The notes below the pieces were generated by a model. It saw nothing but the letters and a program-made list of their open reading frames with translations. It was not told the origin of the DNA and did not search any database. Source: Glaucostegus cemiculus (taxonomy: Eukaryota). Taken from it: a stretch of 64,000 bases of DNA. Where the stretch lies: positions 4,092,001 to 4,156,000 of the forward strand of contig CDPCPM010000323.1 in assembly GCA_976551045.1 (NCBI GenBank). The letters are read 5' to 3'. Positions 12,976 to 25,479 of this stretch are shown here, in pieces (positions within the stretch are counted from its first letter, which is position 1; each line of letters starts with the position of its first letter). A program made the position numbers and the translations under genes.

Positions 12976-13340
12976 TGACATAAATACATGCTGTCTCTCT
13001 CTCTCTCTGATCACATCATATGTCCAAATTTCAGTCAATCTAACCCTGATGATACAAATTTACTCCCAACAGATGTTAAACACATCAAATAGTTTTGGCA
13101 AGTTACTTCAAGAAAATGCAATAGTATTTACGCATTTTCTTCCAATTAAGAGGTAATAGAAGTTTTAAGAGCAGTATCAGAGTTGTAAAGCTGGAACTCC
13201 CAGCATCCTAATGAATAGCTTAGCCCTCTAACGTTACGAAGGAAAAAGGATTACATGGGGTATAGCATGTGGCCAATGATAGATTCTTGATGGACTTTTT
13301 AAGATAACGATATGGAAGAGAAATCATTGTTGGATACAAA

Positions 13341-13450
13341 TAACCAAATAAAAACTTTCTTCATAATCTAAGGAATCCAGGAATAACTCAGTTAGCCATC
13401 ACTTATAACATGGTACCACAATCTATTGGTACCACAATGCTTAGGAATCT
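13341..13450 (+). repeat. 110-bp direct repeat, copy 1
   Basis: taaccaaataaaaactttcttcataatctaaggaatcc...ttaggaatct; 5 substitutions relative to 15249-15358. Confidence 0.95.
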
Positions 13451-14099
13451 AACTGTTATGCAGTAATGAAGCCATGCTAGCATGGAGTCAATGAGTAGGA
13501 CAATAAAGGACATGTGTTGATAAAAGGTCAAGTGGTCAACCATGCTGATGGCTGCATATAGACTGAAGAAAATCAACGAGGATTGCATTATGCCATTTTG
13601 AAGGCAAGAACAATGAGACTGTGCCATGATTTGAGAAAGCCACATTTACATCACATGATCAGATTCTATGTTTTATATTGTAACATCAAATTTGGCTCTA
13701 CCCATAGGACAAGATTAAAGAAAGCAACCAGGAGCTGTGGGAGAGGTGATTTTTTTTTTGTTTTGAATTTGAAGTTTGCTGTATTTAGAGTTATGGAATT
13801 GACTGGCATTTTTGCATTTCCTATCCTGTCAACATCTTTGCTTTCAAAATGTTATAGACTGCAGCTCTAATGGAAATCCCACTGTGAGACATGACTTATT
13901 TGATGATGAATCAGTGCCAATTCGTGAATATGTATGTAAGGAGAACCATCACCTGCTGTTCTTTCCTGGGCCTATCACTGCTCTGAAATCTACATTTATA
14001 GACCTTCACCAAATGTATGTGATGCAGCCAGAAGCAACAGATACTTGTCTTCTACTTCTCATGATCCAGGAGTCACAAAGTTGGATTATCTGCTGCAGG

Positions 14100-14700
14100 A
14101 TGATAAACAAACGGCATCTCGTTCAGAGAAAGCTCTTGCATGTACCTGCAATATTATTTGAGAGCATCCAAACATTCACGGAGCCATTCAGCACATTGAG
14201 CGGAGTGTAACATGCAGACATACCATTGATGTAACAATATGTTCTGTTTTTGATGGGCACCAGTGTCATCAGTTTCCCTGGGGTTAAGAAGTGTCAACTG
14301 AAGTTTCTCCCAGCATTTCCTTGAAAGCAAACAGTGACACCTGTGTGCCATAAGGCTCTTCACATCAATGCCATTTCCTAAATGAATAGGAAGGGCTTGC
14401 ACTCAATTAATTTCAAGACGGAGCTGACCACAGAAACATCATTAGACACATCAATAGCCATTATCAAAGAAGCAGTTACAGTGCTTTCTTTCTGCAGCAG
14501 TTTGTGGTGCCTGCACCTATTGAAGGAGAGGAAACAATGGTTGCATGATTTTAAGAAGACCAGGTCTATCTTCTATCTCTGGTTGCTGACCCCACTTAGA
14601 AGCCCACAAATGGCAAAGGAGTATCTTTGGTTAAAAGACTGAGCATCAATTTGTTCTTCGTCGACCAATGTATCTATCAGCAAGAAAATTGTCTTACATG
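14100..14700 (+). pseudogene. PIF/Harbinger DDE transposase relic (HARBI1-like)
   Basis: MNRKGLHSIN (14382), then ADHRNIIRHINSHYQRSSYSAFFLQQ, *F*EDQVY and WLLTPLRSPQ match NRKGFHSINVQ, PGSxHDAFIL, WLLGDxGY and WLMTPxxxP; frameshifts and stops present. Confidence 0.8.
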
Positions 14701-15248
14701 ATGGGGCTCACAAGAAATATCTGCAATGAATGAGGGCCTTCTTTATCATCTTCTTTTGATAGCTGTAAAAATTTCTCTATCTGTATCCTGCTATAATCGA
14801 TTTGAGTGACCGCACTTGTTCAGTTATTAACTCGCTCTATACAGGGCACACTTGTGGTTTGACTGGAAGGCATTCATCAGTTTTAAATCTTGCCTACTAT
14901 ACCCAGCACACTATCTGTAACACGACCTCTTACGGCCCAACATCAAAAGGAGAGTTGGTGCCCATGTGACTCAACAGAGAATAATAACTACTTTTCAGTC
15001 AGTGTCAGAATTTTTCTTATTGTGGTGAGGTGTTGTCCTTCAAAAACAGCCAGAATTTGCAATTTGTGGCCCAACTTATCACAGCTGCAGGCTGCTAGGC
15101 AAGGAATTCCCATGTCAATAAAATCCTCAAGTTAGTTGGAGGGTTCCTGTCACACACAAGTGCAATCATATCAAATATACATCTTTAGAAAATGTGCATT
15201 GGCATAGATGGAATTAAATGTCCATAATCACTGTTGTGCATGGATAAC

Positions 15249-15358
15249 TAACCAAATAAAAACTTTCTTCATAATCTAAGGAATCCAGGAATAACTCAAT
15301 TAGCCTTCACTTGTAACATGGCACCACAATCTATTGGTACCACAATCCTTAGGAATCT
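15249..15358 (+). repeat. 110-bp direct repeat, copy 2
   Basis: Matches 13341-13450 at 105/110 positions. Confidence 0.95.
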
Positions 15359-15689
15359 GTTACAGATACACTGATTCATTAGAACCTAGACCAAAATCTT
15401 AAAATAAATGTTACTTAAGGACTGAAGCATTTGTACTCAAACTGGGCAAATTTTATTTTGAGCAATAGAATAGTGAAAGCTAAGTTAGTCTCCAGATACT
15501 TATTGTTCACCTTATTCTGTAAATAATGTGTATAATTTTCAACTTCTTGGAAAATATAGTTAAAAGTCAACCATGCTTGAATAATCAATAACTTATCCAA
15601 ACAAGTTGGATCCTCTGGTCTGATCAATGTTAAAGGATTGAAAATTTGAGCCATGAAAATCTATGTGAAAGGGAAACTCAACTCAAATA

Positions 15690-15970
15690 TTAGGTGTTGC
15701 ACTTTGGGAGATCAAATAGAAAGGAACAGTACACTGTTAATGACAAGTATTGAATTATGGATGGATCTTGGTGTCTAAGTGCATAGCTCCCTGAAAGTGG
15801 CTGCACAGCTTGGGAGAGGCACATGTTTGTGCAGAGAATGCAGGGATATGGACATTGTGTAGGCAGAAGTGATTAGTTTAGTTAGGCATTTAATTACTAG
15901 TTTACTTAGTTCAGCACAACATCATGGGACGAAGGGCCTGTTTCCATGTTATACTGTTCAATGTTCCATG
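15690..15970 (+). mobile_element. CR1 LINE, internally deleted fragment with 3' end
   Basis: gtgttgcactttgggagatcaaa...atagctccctgaaagtggc joined to the tail cagcacaacatcatgggacgaagggcctgtt...tgttcaatgttccatgt. Confidence 0.8.
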
Positions 15971-16639
15971 TAATTGGAGATCTGAACCTGATCAAGTAAG
16001 TTTGCCCAGAAACAGCAACATAGAAAATAGGAACAAAAATAGATCATTTGGCTTGCTCTGCTATTCATTACAACCACGACTGTTCATACAGTTTTGGTAC
16101 CTTATTCCTACTTTCTCCCCATATCCCTTGATCTCTTTAAACAGTCAAAACTACAGCCTTCACTATTCTACCACAGGGCAAAACATATTCATGCTCGCCT
16201 GTTCACTACCAATATTTAGATAATTCCCTACAATCACAACAATAAACCTATGTCTTCTATTAATTGCAAAACATAAGCATTTGGAAAATCTTTGTGGTTT
16301 GCAACCAATGAATAAGTTGCCCAGGTGCCTTTTTCTGTTGTTAAGACCAATGAAAGAAGCAGCTGTTGGGCCTTGAAATTCTTTTGCATGTATTATTCAT
16401 AATTGAGAGACCAACGTAAGGTTTCCTTTTACATAATCACTAATTTCATTGTATCTTAATTTTTTGTAAAATATAGGAAAAATTGAGAAGCTATAGGCCA
16501 GATTTAATATTCCCACTCAAAGTCATATTTTTATTGTTGAATACATTATTATACAATAATACGTAATACATGTCCAAATTTATATATCCCACAAATATGA
16601 ATTACAGCCTTTCCTGTATTGATTGGAATTCAGCCAATA

Positions 16640-16770
16640 AAAGGTCATTGACCTGAAACATTGTCTCTCTTTCTCCACAGATTCTACCTAGCCTGTTGAG
16701 TATTTCTAGCATTTTCTGTTTTTATTTCATATTTTCATATTTTCAACACCTGCAGTTCATTGCCTACAGA
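16640..16770 (+). mobile_element. Penelope-like 3' end with 3' half of the hammerhead
   Basis: aaggtcattgacctgaaacatt then ctccacagattctacctagcctgttgagtatttctagcattttctgtttttatttca. Confidence 0.7.
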
Positions 16771-16789
16771 TCATTTATCACTTATCTCT

Positions 16790-17040
16790 GTTTGTCCCAA
16801 AGTGCATTAAGGGTTGACCATAATTTAAGACCAGTTTCCAGACCAGGCAGATTGGTAGGTTCTCTTCTCTGAAGGACATGTGAAAATTAGTTAGGTTTTT
16901 ACAACAAATGGCAGATCTCATATTTTTTCCTGCCCAAAGACGAATGATCAAACTTAAGGAATTCCATTCAACAACTGACCAGGGGAGGATATGAACTTAC
17001 AACCCTGAACTTCTAGCCTGGGAGTATATAGCACAGTGTA
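16790..17040 (-). mobile_element. SINE-like repeat of the same family as 25040-25420, decayed
   Basis: ccagaccaggcagattggtaggttctcttctctgaaggacatgtgaa...ggtttttacaacaa is reverse-complementary to the body at 25165-25240. Confidence 0.5.
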
Positions 17041-18479
17041 CCATGAATTTTTATGGATCGAAGTGTGTCTCAATTGTGTGCATGTTCCTAAAATTCCTTC
17101 TGGAGTAATCCAACTCAACATATGTTAACATACAGACCCTACTTTAGTATAAGTTTGACTTGTTAAGGCTCGTTGAACAGCAATTAATGAAGAATGTGTA
17201 AATTTTCTCATTCTTGCCTTCCAGCACATTTCACGATAATGATGTTTCAGAGAACGTGGCATTAAGACGTTGAAATTTTGGCTGCATTCCAGCATAAAGC
17301 AAAGCAAAAGACATTGAAAGAAGTAGTTCAGCATTTTCAGCCCATGGACACAAGAGAAATGCTCATTGTGAATATTAGAGGGACAGAGGTAAGCTAAAGC
17401 TTCAGAGAAGGGCCAAGGTATGTCAAGGCATGTGGAGGAGAAGCAGGATCCAATATTTCCCCTTGGAACTTCTGCATTTAGATGAACTTGTGACTCTGTA
17501 TGCCACAGTCTGCTACTGCTACACCAGCTTTTACTTGTGTAGAACCCTTAACAACTTGCAAAATAGCCCAAGATCGTCACTGTCAATAGCACAAGTGTGA
17601 ACAGAGAGAGTCATACATATTGTATATTAAAAGTCCGAAGCTAAGATTTCACACCTCTCCTCGCAAAGGTTGCTGATCTCTGCACCCACTCATGAAAAAT
17701 CCTGCTAAGTGTGAGGAGTTTTACAGTCTAAAGGTAACATGAGGGAAACGTGACTTTAGTTATCTCTGCTGAACATGTACAAAAATATCAGTCCCAGCTG
17801 TATTCATCTCCACTCAGTTGATGCCACTGATGTTAATGGACTTCTCATTTCATGTATTTTTAAATATTCTTAAAATATAAAACGTCTTATATTAAGGATA
17901 AAGTAATATTAACATAAGACTTAAGTCTTATATTAAATACAGTAATTCCTCAGTTTACCAGCTTTCATTACAATGCCATTAACTCTTTGGGGGTAAAGGT
18001 CTACGATTTACAATTTTTTTTTGCTGTAATGTTTAGTGCATCACTCTCTGTGCATAGGAATATGCTGCACCATAATATGCATTATACATTTCACCCAGTC
18101 TTTGTGTCAATGAATGATATAAAGAATTTTAAAAGATAATTATATTTCCTATAGTTATAGGTTATATATAACTAACTGATTACAAGTAAAAATTATGGAC
18201 AATTGAACAAAAACACTGAATGCTCTTGTCACATCATGCTGAGAAATGCAATTGTCTTTTAGATGTGGGTAACAACCAATAGTATTCAAGGTAAGAGCAC
18301 ATCTTTGTTAAGATCTGTACCATCAATAATATTTTTGCATGCGAATGCATAATTCCCAGATTAATACTTTAAGGCTGTTCACTTTACTGTTAGTTTGGTC
18401 TTTCCATAGGATTTAAGAATTGACTCCCAACAGTCCTTTAACAAACATCTTACAATGGAAGAGATTTGATTATACCTTT

Positions 18480-19060
18480 CGATAAAACCTCTCTCTGTGG
18501 GCAGGTTGGCACAATGGGTTGATTTGGGTAAGGTTATCAAAGGAGATGGAGAAAAACAGAATGGTGGAACAGGTTGCCTACCACTGCATCAGGGCCACAG
18601 CTGCAAAACACGATTGTGAAAAGAGGCATATCTTGGTTTGTGAGATGGGTCAGCAGTAAAGATTGGTGCAGAGGGTGGAGATGTAGGAGGACGCTTGCAG
18701 GAGTAGTGCCGCAAGCAATACGTGGTTCATTAATTGAATTGATTTCAGTCACTGTGGGAGAAGATAAAATTTATCTGCACAATCTCCCATCAGGATAGGA
18801 AATTTTGAATCAGTCATTCTCAAAAGAAGCAGGTCCTGGAGTTGATTCAGTTCATTTTATCTGGCATGGTGGGGCAGGCATGTGAGTGGACACCCCACTG
18901 CTTTGATGCTCCGTCGGGCATTTTGAAGACATTTGAGGCAAGGATTCAAGTGTTGGGGCCCCTCCCAAAGAAAGTAGAAGGCCTTACTTCTGAACTGGGG
19001 ACAAATATGTTCCCTCAAACAAGAATATTGCTTAGGCTTCCATTGCAGACTACGCAAACA
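18480..19060 (-). pseudogene. Possible Penelope-like reverse transcriptase relic
   Basis: Minus-strand fragments KAFYFLWEGPQH, FSYPDGRLCR*ILSSPT and TPASVLLHLHPL...QDMPLF are collinear with PLE RT/thumb motifs (ALxFFLxxRP, GxLxTxIYxKPT, IPxSQFLRLRRICS...MxxFF). Very decayed. Confidence 0.35.
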
Positions 19061-19639
19061 TGGCTCAATTGACGATTGTTCCTTCAAGTAATGCTTGAGC
19101 TGCCTAGAACCTTCCATAGAGACCTGCCTTCCTGGCAGAGGCCCACACTTCTTTCCAGGCATGTTGCAATGTTGCAGCAATGGTGTCAAATATGCATGGG
19201 ACACCAGCTGAGGTCACTGTTATGTTCAGTGACTTCCATTAATAGATACACCACACAGTCAGAATTGGCTGATTTATCTTTCCGTGGTGTCCCAGTTGAC
19301 AGTGCCATTCATGCTTGGTCTTTGAATTTACTCTTCAATCAGCTGTTATATAAAAGGTATCAGTTATATTTTTGAAATCCTAGGCCAGTGCGTCACTGTA
19401 TATTCCCTGTGGTGTGGGTGTTCATCCTACTCTGGATCTTTGTAGCGCCTTCCCAGTAGGTTCACTGCTGGTAATTGTTCATCTAATAAATCCAGGTGGC
19501 TTTGCTCTCTGTCAGGCCTGTCCTTCTGCTGCTGTGCTTTCTTTGCTTTTGAAGTTATTCCTTTCATTTGGCCAAGAGGCATCAATGGGACATGAGAACA
19601 GAAGGCCTGAACGTCACCTACCTGTTCTCAAGGCAATTT

Positions 19640-19700
19640 TCATGGCATTTATACCCTATGTACATATGCCCATGACAATAATGAACTTGAACTTGAATTT
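19640..19700 (+). mobile_element. Rex1/Babar-type 3' tail fragment
   Basis: gtacatatgcccatgacaataatgaacttgaacttga. Confidence 0.45.
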
Positions 19701-21579
19701 AACTATGCTTCTGGTCACAAACACAATTTGGGTGAGAGAATGACATGAGGTGAGGACGGAAATTATCTCATCAGATTGATCACTTTGCTGCTGTAACCAG
19801 TTGTTGTGGCGCTTGGAGTTCTCAACACCTCTTGCCCATGTACTTATAGATTCCTAGTGGCTACTAAGAAAACTCCTTGTTCATTAGTTCCAATGGCCTA
19901 TTTTAAATCATCTTAAGCAGGCAGATAGGTCCTGCATTTAGAATGTCATCTGGAAAGCCAGCCACTGAAACTGTACAGCACAACTTCAGTTCTGCAATGG
20001 AATGATAGCCTCGATTAAGTATCTAAAGTGGAGTTTGCATTTCTGATAGAGTTCTGAGACTGCAAATCAGCAGATCTGCAAATGTGCTGTCACAATTGAT
20101 GTACGTTCTATCTAGTTGACTACTTTTTGTAAGCCATTGAGTTTCATGGCAATTAATTGATTGTTAAGTCACTAATCCATAAAATCTGCAAAGCCTGGTG
20201 TTGCAACTAAATTACACATTTCACAATAACCACAACCTGATTTTATCATAGGTAATTTAGCCTAAAATTTGTTTGCATTTGCTATTGGTGGACACCTGTC
20301 ACACATTACAATCACAGCATTCAATACGTCAATCCTGTCAGTCTACTGAAAATATATTGAAAGGCATTTTTAAAAGACTGTATGAGCATTTGGTGGAAGC
20401 CTTTTACCAGGACCGTTTTTCAATGTTTTACTATGTTTAATTGCATCATTTGTCTCAATAAATTAGTCAAGTTAAATGTTAACAGGTTAAAACTTCACCA
20501 ATTCACATCATATATAATGGACCACTCTCAATTAATACTGATAGCCTAGGATTTATACTGTGCAATATTGCCCTATAAACACAACATATCTACATTAACT
20601 ACTATTTTAACAACAATATCTGTTAACACCTCAGTTAAAGTTGTGAACAAAATAATTTCGTATGAATGTACTAAGCATTGCACAATATCGCACAGTATAT
20701 TTTGTTGGTGTTCAAATTGAGTACCACTGAAATTAATTATAAGGAAGAAACTCATCTTTGGCACTAAACATATGCATGATTATCAGCTACCAATGTGTGA
20801 TGAACTTCTGCACATTTGGTTTCACTGAAAGCTAATTTTACTGGCTACATTGCAGAGAGTATAATCTTCATCTGATGGACACGTGTTTTGTACTGGCACG
20901 CAAGGTCAAATTTCTCCCTTATAGCCCCTGTATGGAGCAAATAATCAGGAGATGTATTTTTACTCAACTTTCAGAATTTTATGGTTGTGTGCAATGAATA
21001 ATATTTGCATGGTTACAAATACTATTGCTCTACATCACTTTTGGAAAAGTATGGCATCACAATATAAAGATTTATTAAATTGCCATGGATTTTGGACCTT
21101 TGTCAGTTGTTGATAAGCTAATTGGTACTAGAGGTACGGGGATTTTTGGCAAAATGTAGGTTCTAGAAATTATCTACAATGTTTAAAGTATAGTGTATTA
21201 AGTTATGTACCTAGCAACATAATGATATTTATGTAGAAATGCATACAGAAACGTAAGAATAAAACTGCAGCATATTCCTGAACGTATTCCTAAGAGAGTT
21301 TGAATAGCACAGCCGAGGAGAACAGCACATGATTGGAACCTTGGGTGTGGTAGTCAGCAAAAACATAAAGGTAAAGTGTTTAACCTAAGTCCTAACCAAT
21401 AGGAGATTCCACAACTGTGACTGTTTATGGCAAGATTTGTTCCCAATCAAATAACGTGGTCATCCCATTGCTAAGCTTTTTGGGTTTAAAGGAATCTGTT
21501 TTCTGATAACTTGTGATAGCACTTTATGCAGCCATGCTCCAACATGCTGAGTAACTAAAATTAATCTTTACGGAGTCAA

Positions 21580-22052
21580 AGAACCATATAGTTATAGTGC
21601 ACACAAATAAGCCGTGTGGCCCACCATGAACTTCATGATTTTGAATACCTCTATCAGGTCACCTCTCAGCCTCCTCCAGCTGCAAGGAAAACAAACTCAG
21701 CCTTTCTATTTTGTCCTCATAATTGAATCATTCCATCTCAGGCAACATTCTGACAGATCTTTTTTTAAAATTTTTAAAATTTTATTTACAACTTGGTAAC
21801 AGGCACCTTCGGCCCAACGAGTCCACGCCACCCATTTTAAACCCCCAAATTAACCTACCCGTACGTCTTTAGATTGTGGGAGGAAACTGGAGCACCCGGA
21901 GGAAACCCACGCAGACACGGGAGAACGCACAAACTCCTTACAGTCAGCGACGGGAATCGAACCCCGATTGCTGGTGCTGTAACAGCGTCACACTAACCGC
22001 TACACTATCGTGCCGCCCAATGATCTCCTCTAAATCCCCTCCAGTGCAATCT
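21580..22052 (-). mobile_element. CR1 fragment interrupted by a young SINE
   Basis: cttcatgattttgaatacctctatcaggtcacctctcagcctcctc...caggcaacattctgacagatct [SINE] gatctcctctaaatcccctccagtgcaatc. Confidence 0.75.
21761..22018 (-). mobile_element. Young tRNA-derived V-SINE (HE1-like)
   Basis: Minus strand starts gggcggcacgatagtgtagcggttag (A box), then ggttcgattcc (B box), V-domain tgggtttcctccgggtgctccagtttcctcccaca and a CR1-like end; CpG-rich; possible TSD gatct (21756-21760 / 22022-22026). Confidence 0.9.
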
Positions 22053-22249
22053 CCAGTGTCAACGAAGAATACAGCTGTGTAATTTCTTGATGATATCCCC
22101 CCTAAGTAGCAAATGTTAACATGTATACATCTGTTGTGTTGATCAGGTGTCCTGCAATTTAGAGAACCAACATTCTGAGAAGTGAATTTCTTCAGGTATG
22201 ACAGCGTAAGTTCCTTGACCAACATCAAGGGGCCTTGAAATTCATTCCA

Positions 22250-22870
22250 AAGACATGAATTTGAATCTCATTAGATCATTTGGGGGATATTTCACATAAA
22301 AAGCTAGTATGACTATAACTCTATGACTATGAAACTTAGAGATACATTTTTGGATATTAAGAGAATCGTGTGACCTGGAATTAGAACAACAAAATGCCAC
22401 TGAGGTAGAAACCCAGCCATGATCTTATTGAATGGTGGAGCAGGTGTGACGGGAAGAACTGTCTATTCCTGCTGTTATTTATTATGTTTTGAAGATGATT
22501 TCAATGGTATTGTGCTGCCATAAATATCCCTTTGGTTCACTATTGTTTTTGCATTGTCTGGTATACATGTGATTCCAGACTCAATGCAACTGGTTCTTTA
22601 CTGCTCTCTGAAATTATGTATTGAGCTATTTACTTGAAGGAGCAATTAACTCAGGGCTACACAATGGTGTGGAGTTAGTGTTGCTAATATCACACTGTCA
22701 GCAACCCCGATTCCACCCTGATCTTGGATAACAACTGTACAAAGTTTGCATGTTCTCTCCTTCAGGCCATCCAGCTTCCTTCTACATTGATTGTCTACTG
22801 TAAACTGCCCATTAGTATGGGTTAATGGCAGAAAGGACCAAGGGAGTGTTCATGATTATGTGTGAGAGAG
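22250..22870 (+). mobile_element. Cluster of decayed SINEs with an embedded CR1 3' tail
   Basis: SINE body ggttcactatt...gtctggtatacatgtgattccagactc; CR1 tail cagccatgatcttattgaatggtggagcagg (22415-22490); old V-SINE at 22653-22870 (agtttgcatgttctctcc...gtaaactgccc). Confidence 0.55.
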
Positions 22871-23445
22871 AAGTAGCAGAGCTTGTTATAAGATAAATGT
22901 TGGCTTTGAACAAATAAGAGACAAACTTAAACTTTGGCCTACCATGTTAGTCATATTCTCTGGGAGTTGCATCAATGAGTCATTACTCACTGTACTTAAG
23001 CTGATATAGCACATGCAATGATTGTATAATCACAATGGGCAAATTTGCAATGAATTGGGAGAAGGACTTTAAATGAGCATTTTCTGATTGGTTGGGAGTC
23101 ATCCAGCTCCTTGGTGGCAACTTCCAGATTGAAGTCAGACATGCTCAGCTGAGTGTAAACTACCTGTGATCATTTAGGGTGATCAATGAAGCTGGCAGCT
23201 GAGTAATGAGCCTTTTCATTTGGATTTAACTTCCTCTCAGACTTGACCAACCACCTCTAAATTTCTATACTCAGAGACTAAAAAAAAAGGAAGTGCTGCA
23301 ACTGGACGTGACAAGGATCTATTAATTTTGGATCACATAAGATAAACAGAACAGGAAGAGGCCATTTGACCTTAAATATCATGCTAGTGTTTATGCATCA
23401 TTCAAGTCTTCTCTTATCTTTTCTCATTTAAAACTATCAGAGTTG

Positions 23446-23843
23446 TGTCACAATGTTGATTGAAGAGCAAGCTCACAGAGAACCAAGTGCAGCACACTGG
23501 TACAAGACTGGAGTCAGGATACTTCCTCAGGACCAAACACAGGCAGCAACTGGAAGGAATCTTGCCTCAGAGATATGAGTAGTAACCCCAACACAAACTG
23601 AATCTTTAAGCAGGAATAGAGAATACAGGACTGCTCTAGAGTAAACCATTCTAAGTAGCAAAGAGCCAAAGGTTAACCAATACTCTGGCAACTAGTGCTA
23701 GAGAAACCCAGGTACTTATGCTAGGCCCCTGATGGGGCTTATAGGTGTGTGTCATTATGCAATCAGTCCAGCATGGAATCCATGTGCTGTACAACAAGGT
23801 ATCTAAGGAGACAAATCAAGGGCCAGTACTCAGAATCATGACA
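23446..23843. mobile_element. Probable solo LTR (Gypsy-type)
   Basis: 398-bp block bounded by inverted termini tgtcacaat...atcatgaca (TG...CA); no clean TSD (agttg vs aactg). Confidence 0.45.
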
Positions 23844-24179
23844 AACTGTGCTTTAACTGGATTGGCCAACCTCAATAAAGGCTCAGTTCTTGCATGTGAT
23901 TTGTCAGTACTCTCTGATATGTGTTCAGCTGATAGTTCCTGTCATCATACAGTTTTGGAGACTATCAATCAGAGGTATGGGAGGTACCTCAGATATTTTT
24001 GATAGTATAATTGAAGTGGAAAGTCATTGGATTCCATGGTATTTACAACATACAGCTATGGAATTAGTTGTGTAGGATAGAGTTCTAGAACCCGACAGAG
24101 GAAAGAATTCAAGGAGATGCTGTGGTAGGATACCTCCCTCATGTAACAAAATTTCAAAATGGAAGTGCAGCTTTGGGAA

Positions 24180-25020
24180 ATGTGATAGAATGGCTGATAC
24201 CCAACTTATCTAAGATTACAACAGGATCTAGGTCAATTGAAAAAATGGGCCAAGGAATGGTAGGTGGAATTTATCACGAACAAGTGCAAAATGTTGCACT
24301 TTAGGAAATTAAACCAGGGCAGAACTTACGCAGTAAATAGCAGAGCCTTGAAGAGCGGTGTACAACTGAGAAATCCCAGGGTACAAGTACATCGATCCTT
24401 GAAAGTGTTGGCACAGGTGGACAGGGTGGTGAAGAAGGCATTTGACACACTTGTCACATGGCACATCATGTTACAACTGTACAACTCATTGGAGTATTGT
24501 GTGCATTTCTGGTCATCTAGCTGTAGGAAGGATGTCATTAGGCTGGTAAGGGTGTAGAAAAGATTCACAAGGATGATACTGGGACTGAAGGGTTTGAGTT
24601 ATGAGTAGATATTGGATAGGCCGGGGCTTTATTTCTCTGGAGCATAGGAAGCTGAGGAATGGACTTATAGAGGTATATAAATTCATGAGGGCATAGATAA
24701 GGTGAGTGGTCACAGTCTTTTTCCCAGGACAGGGGAGTGCAAAACTAAAGTGCATGGGTTCAGAATGATAGGGGAAGGAGCTAAAGGGAATCTTTAGGGA
24801 CAACTATTGCGCACAAAGGGTGCTGTGTATATGGAACGAGCTGAGAGAGGATGTGGTTGAGGCAGGCACAATTACAACATTTAAAAGACATTTAGACAGG
24901 TACATAGACAGGAAAGGTTTAGAGGGATATGGGCCAAATGGGACTAACTCAGGTAGGCAGTTTGGCTGAAGTGAATAACCTGGGCCAAAGGGCCCATTCC
25001 ATGCTGGTCTCCATGACCCT
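24180..25020 (+). mobile_element. CR1 LINE, 5'-truncated (RT C-terminus and 3' UTR)
   Basis: ORF 24264-24557 MEFITNKCKMLHF...VQVHRSLKVLAQVDRVVKKAF...LQLY..LEYCVHFWS; tail tgggccaaagggcccattccatgctg. Confidence 0.92.
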
Positions 25021-25039
25021 AGTTATCCCATGTTCTGAA

Positions 25040-25420
25040 CTGATGATTTGGTCACATACATTTGAATTCCACCATGGAAAGCAGGGCATTTAAACTCAAT
25101 TAACTAAATAAACTGGAATGTTAAAAGGAATCTTGTATAATTAATGGTGAACACAAAGTTCCAGGTTGTGGTAAAAATCCATTTGTCCTGTTAATTTCCT
25201 TCAAGGAAGGAACTCTTCCACCCTTACCTGCCTGACCTACATGTGATTCCCAACACACAACAGTGCTCAATTCTTAACTGCTCTCTGCAATGACCTAGAA
25301 AGTCATTCACTGAAATTAAAGCACAATAATATACCAGCAGCACTTCAAGAAGGATTCACTGCACCACCTTCTCAAGTGCTATTAGGAATGGACACTAAAT
25401 GCTGGCCTCTGTGACATTTC
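25040..25420 (+). mobile_element. SINE-like element with CR1-clade 3' tail
   Basis: tttgaattccaccatgg...ccttcaaggaaggaactc...cctacatgtgattcc, ending caccaccttctcaagtgctattaggaatggacactaaatgctggcc, the same tail as the LINE at 63470-63540. Confidence 0.6.
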
Positions 25421-25479
25421 TATTTAGCGCTGAGGGAATACTGGGAGTCAAAATCCTTTTCAAGCTTAAGATATATCTT

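Noticed and set aside
13341-15358. Canonical LTR retrotransposon or CRISPR-like array
   Set aside because: Only two copies; no clear TG..CA boundaries shared by both, no PBS/PPT or TSD; the interior is Harbinger-like, not gag-pol.
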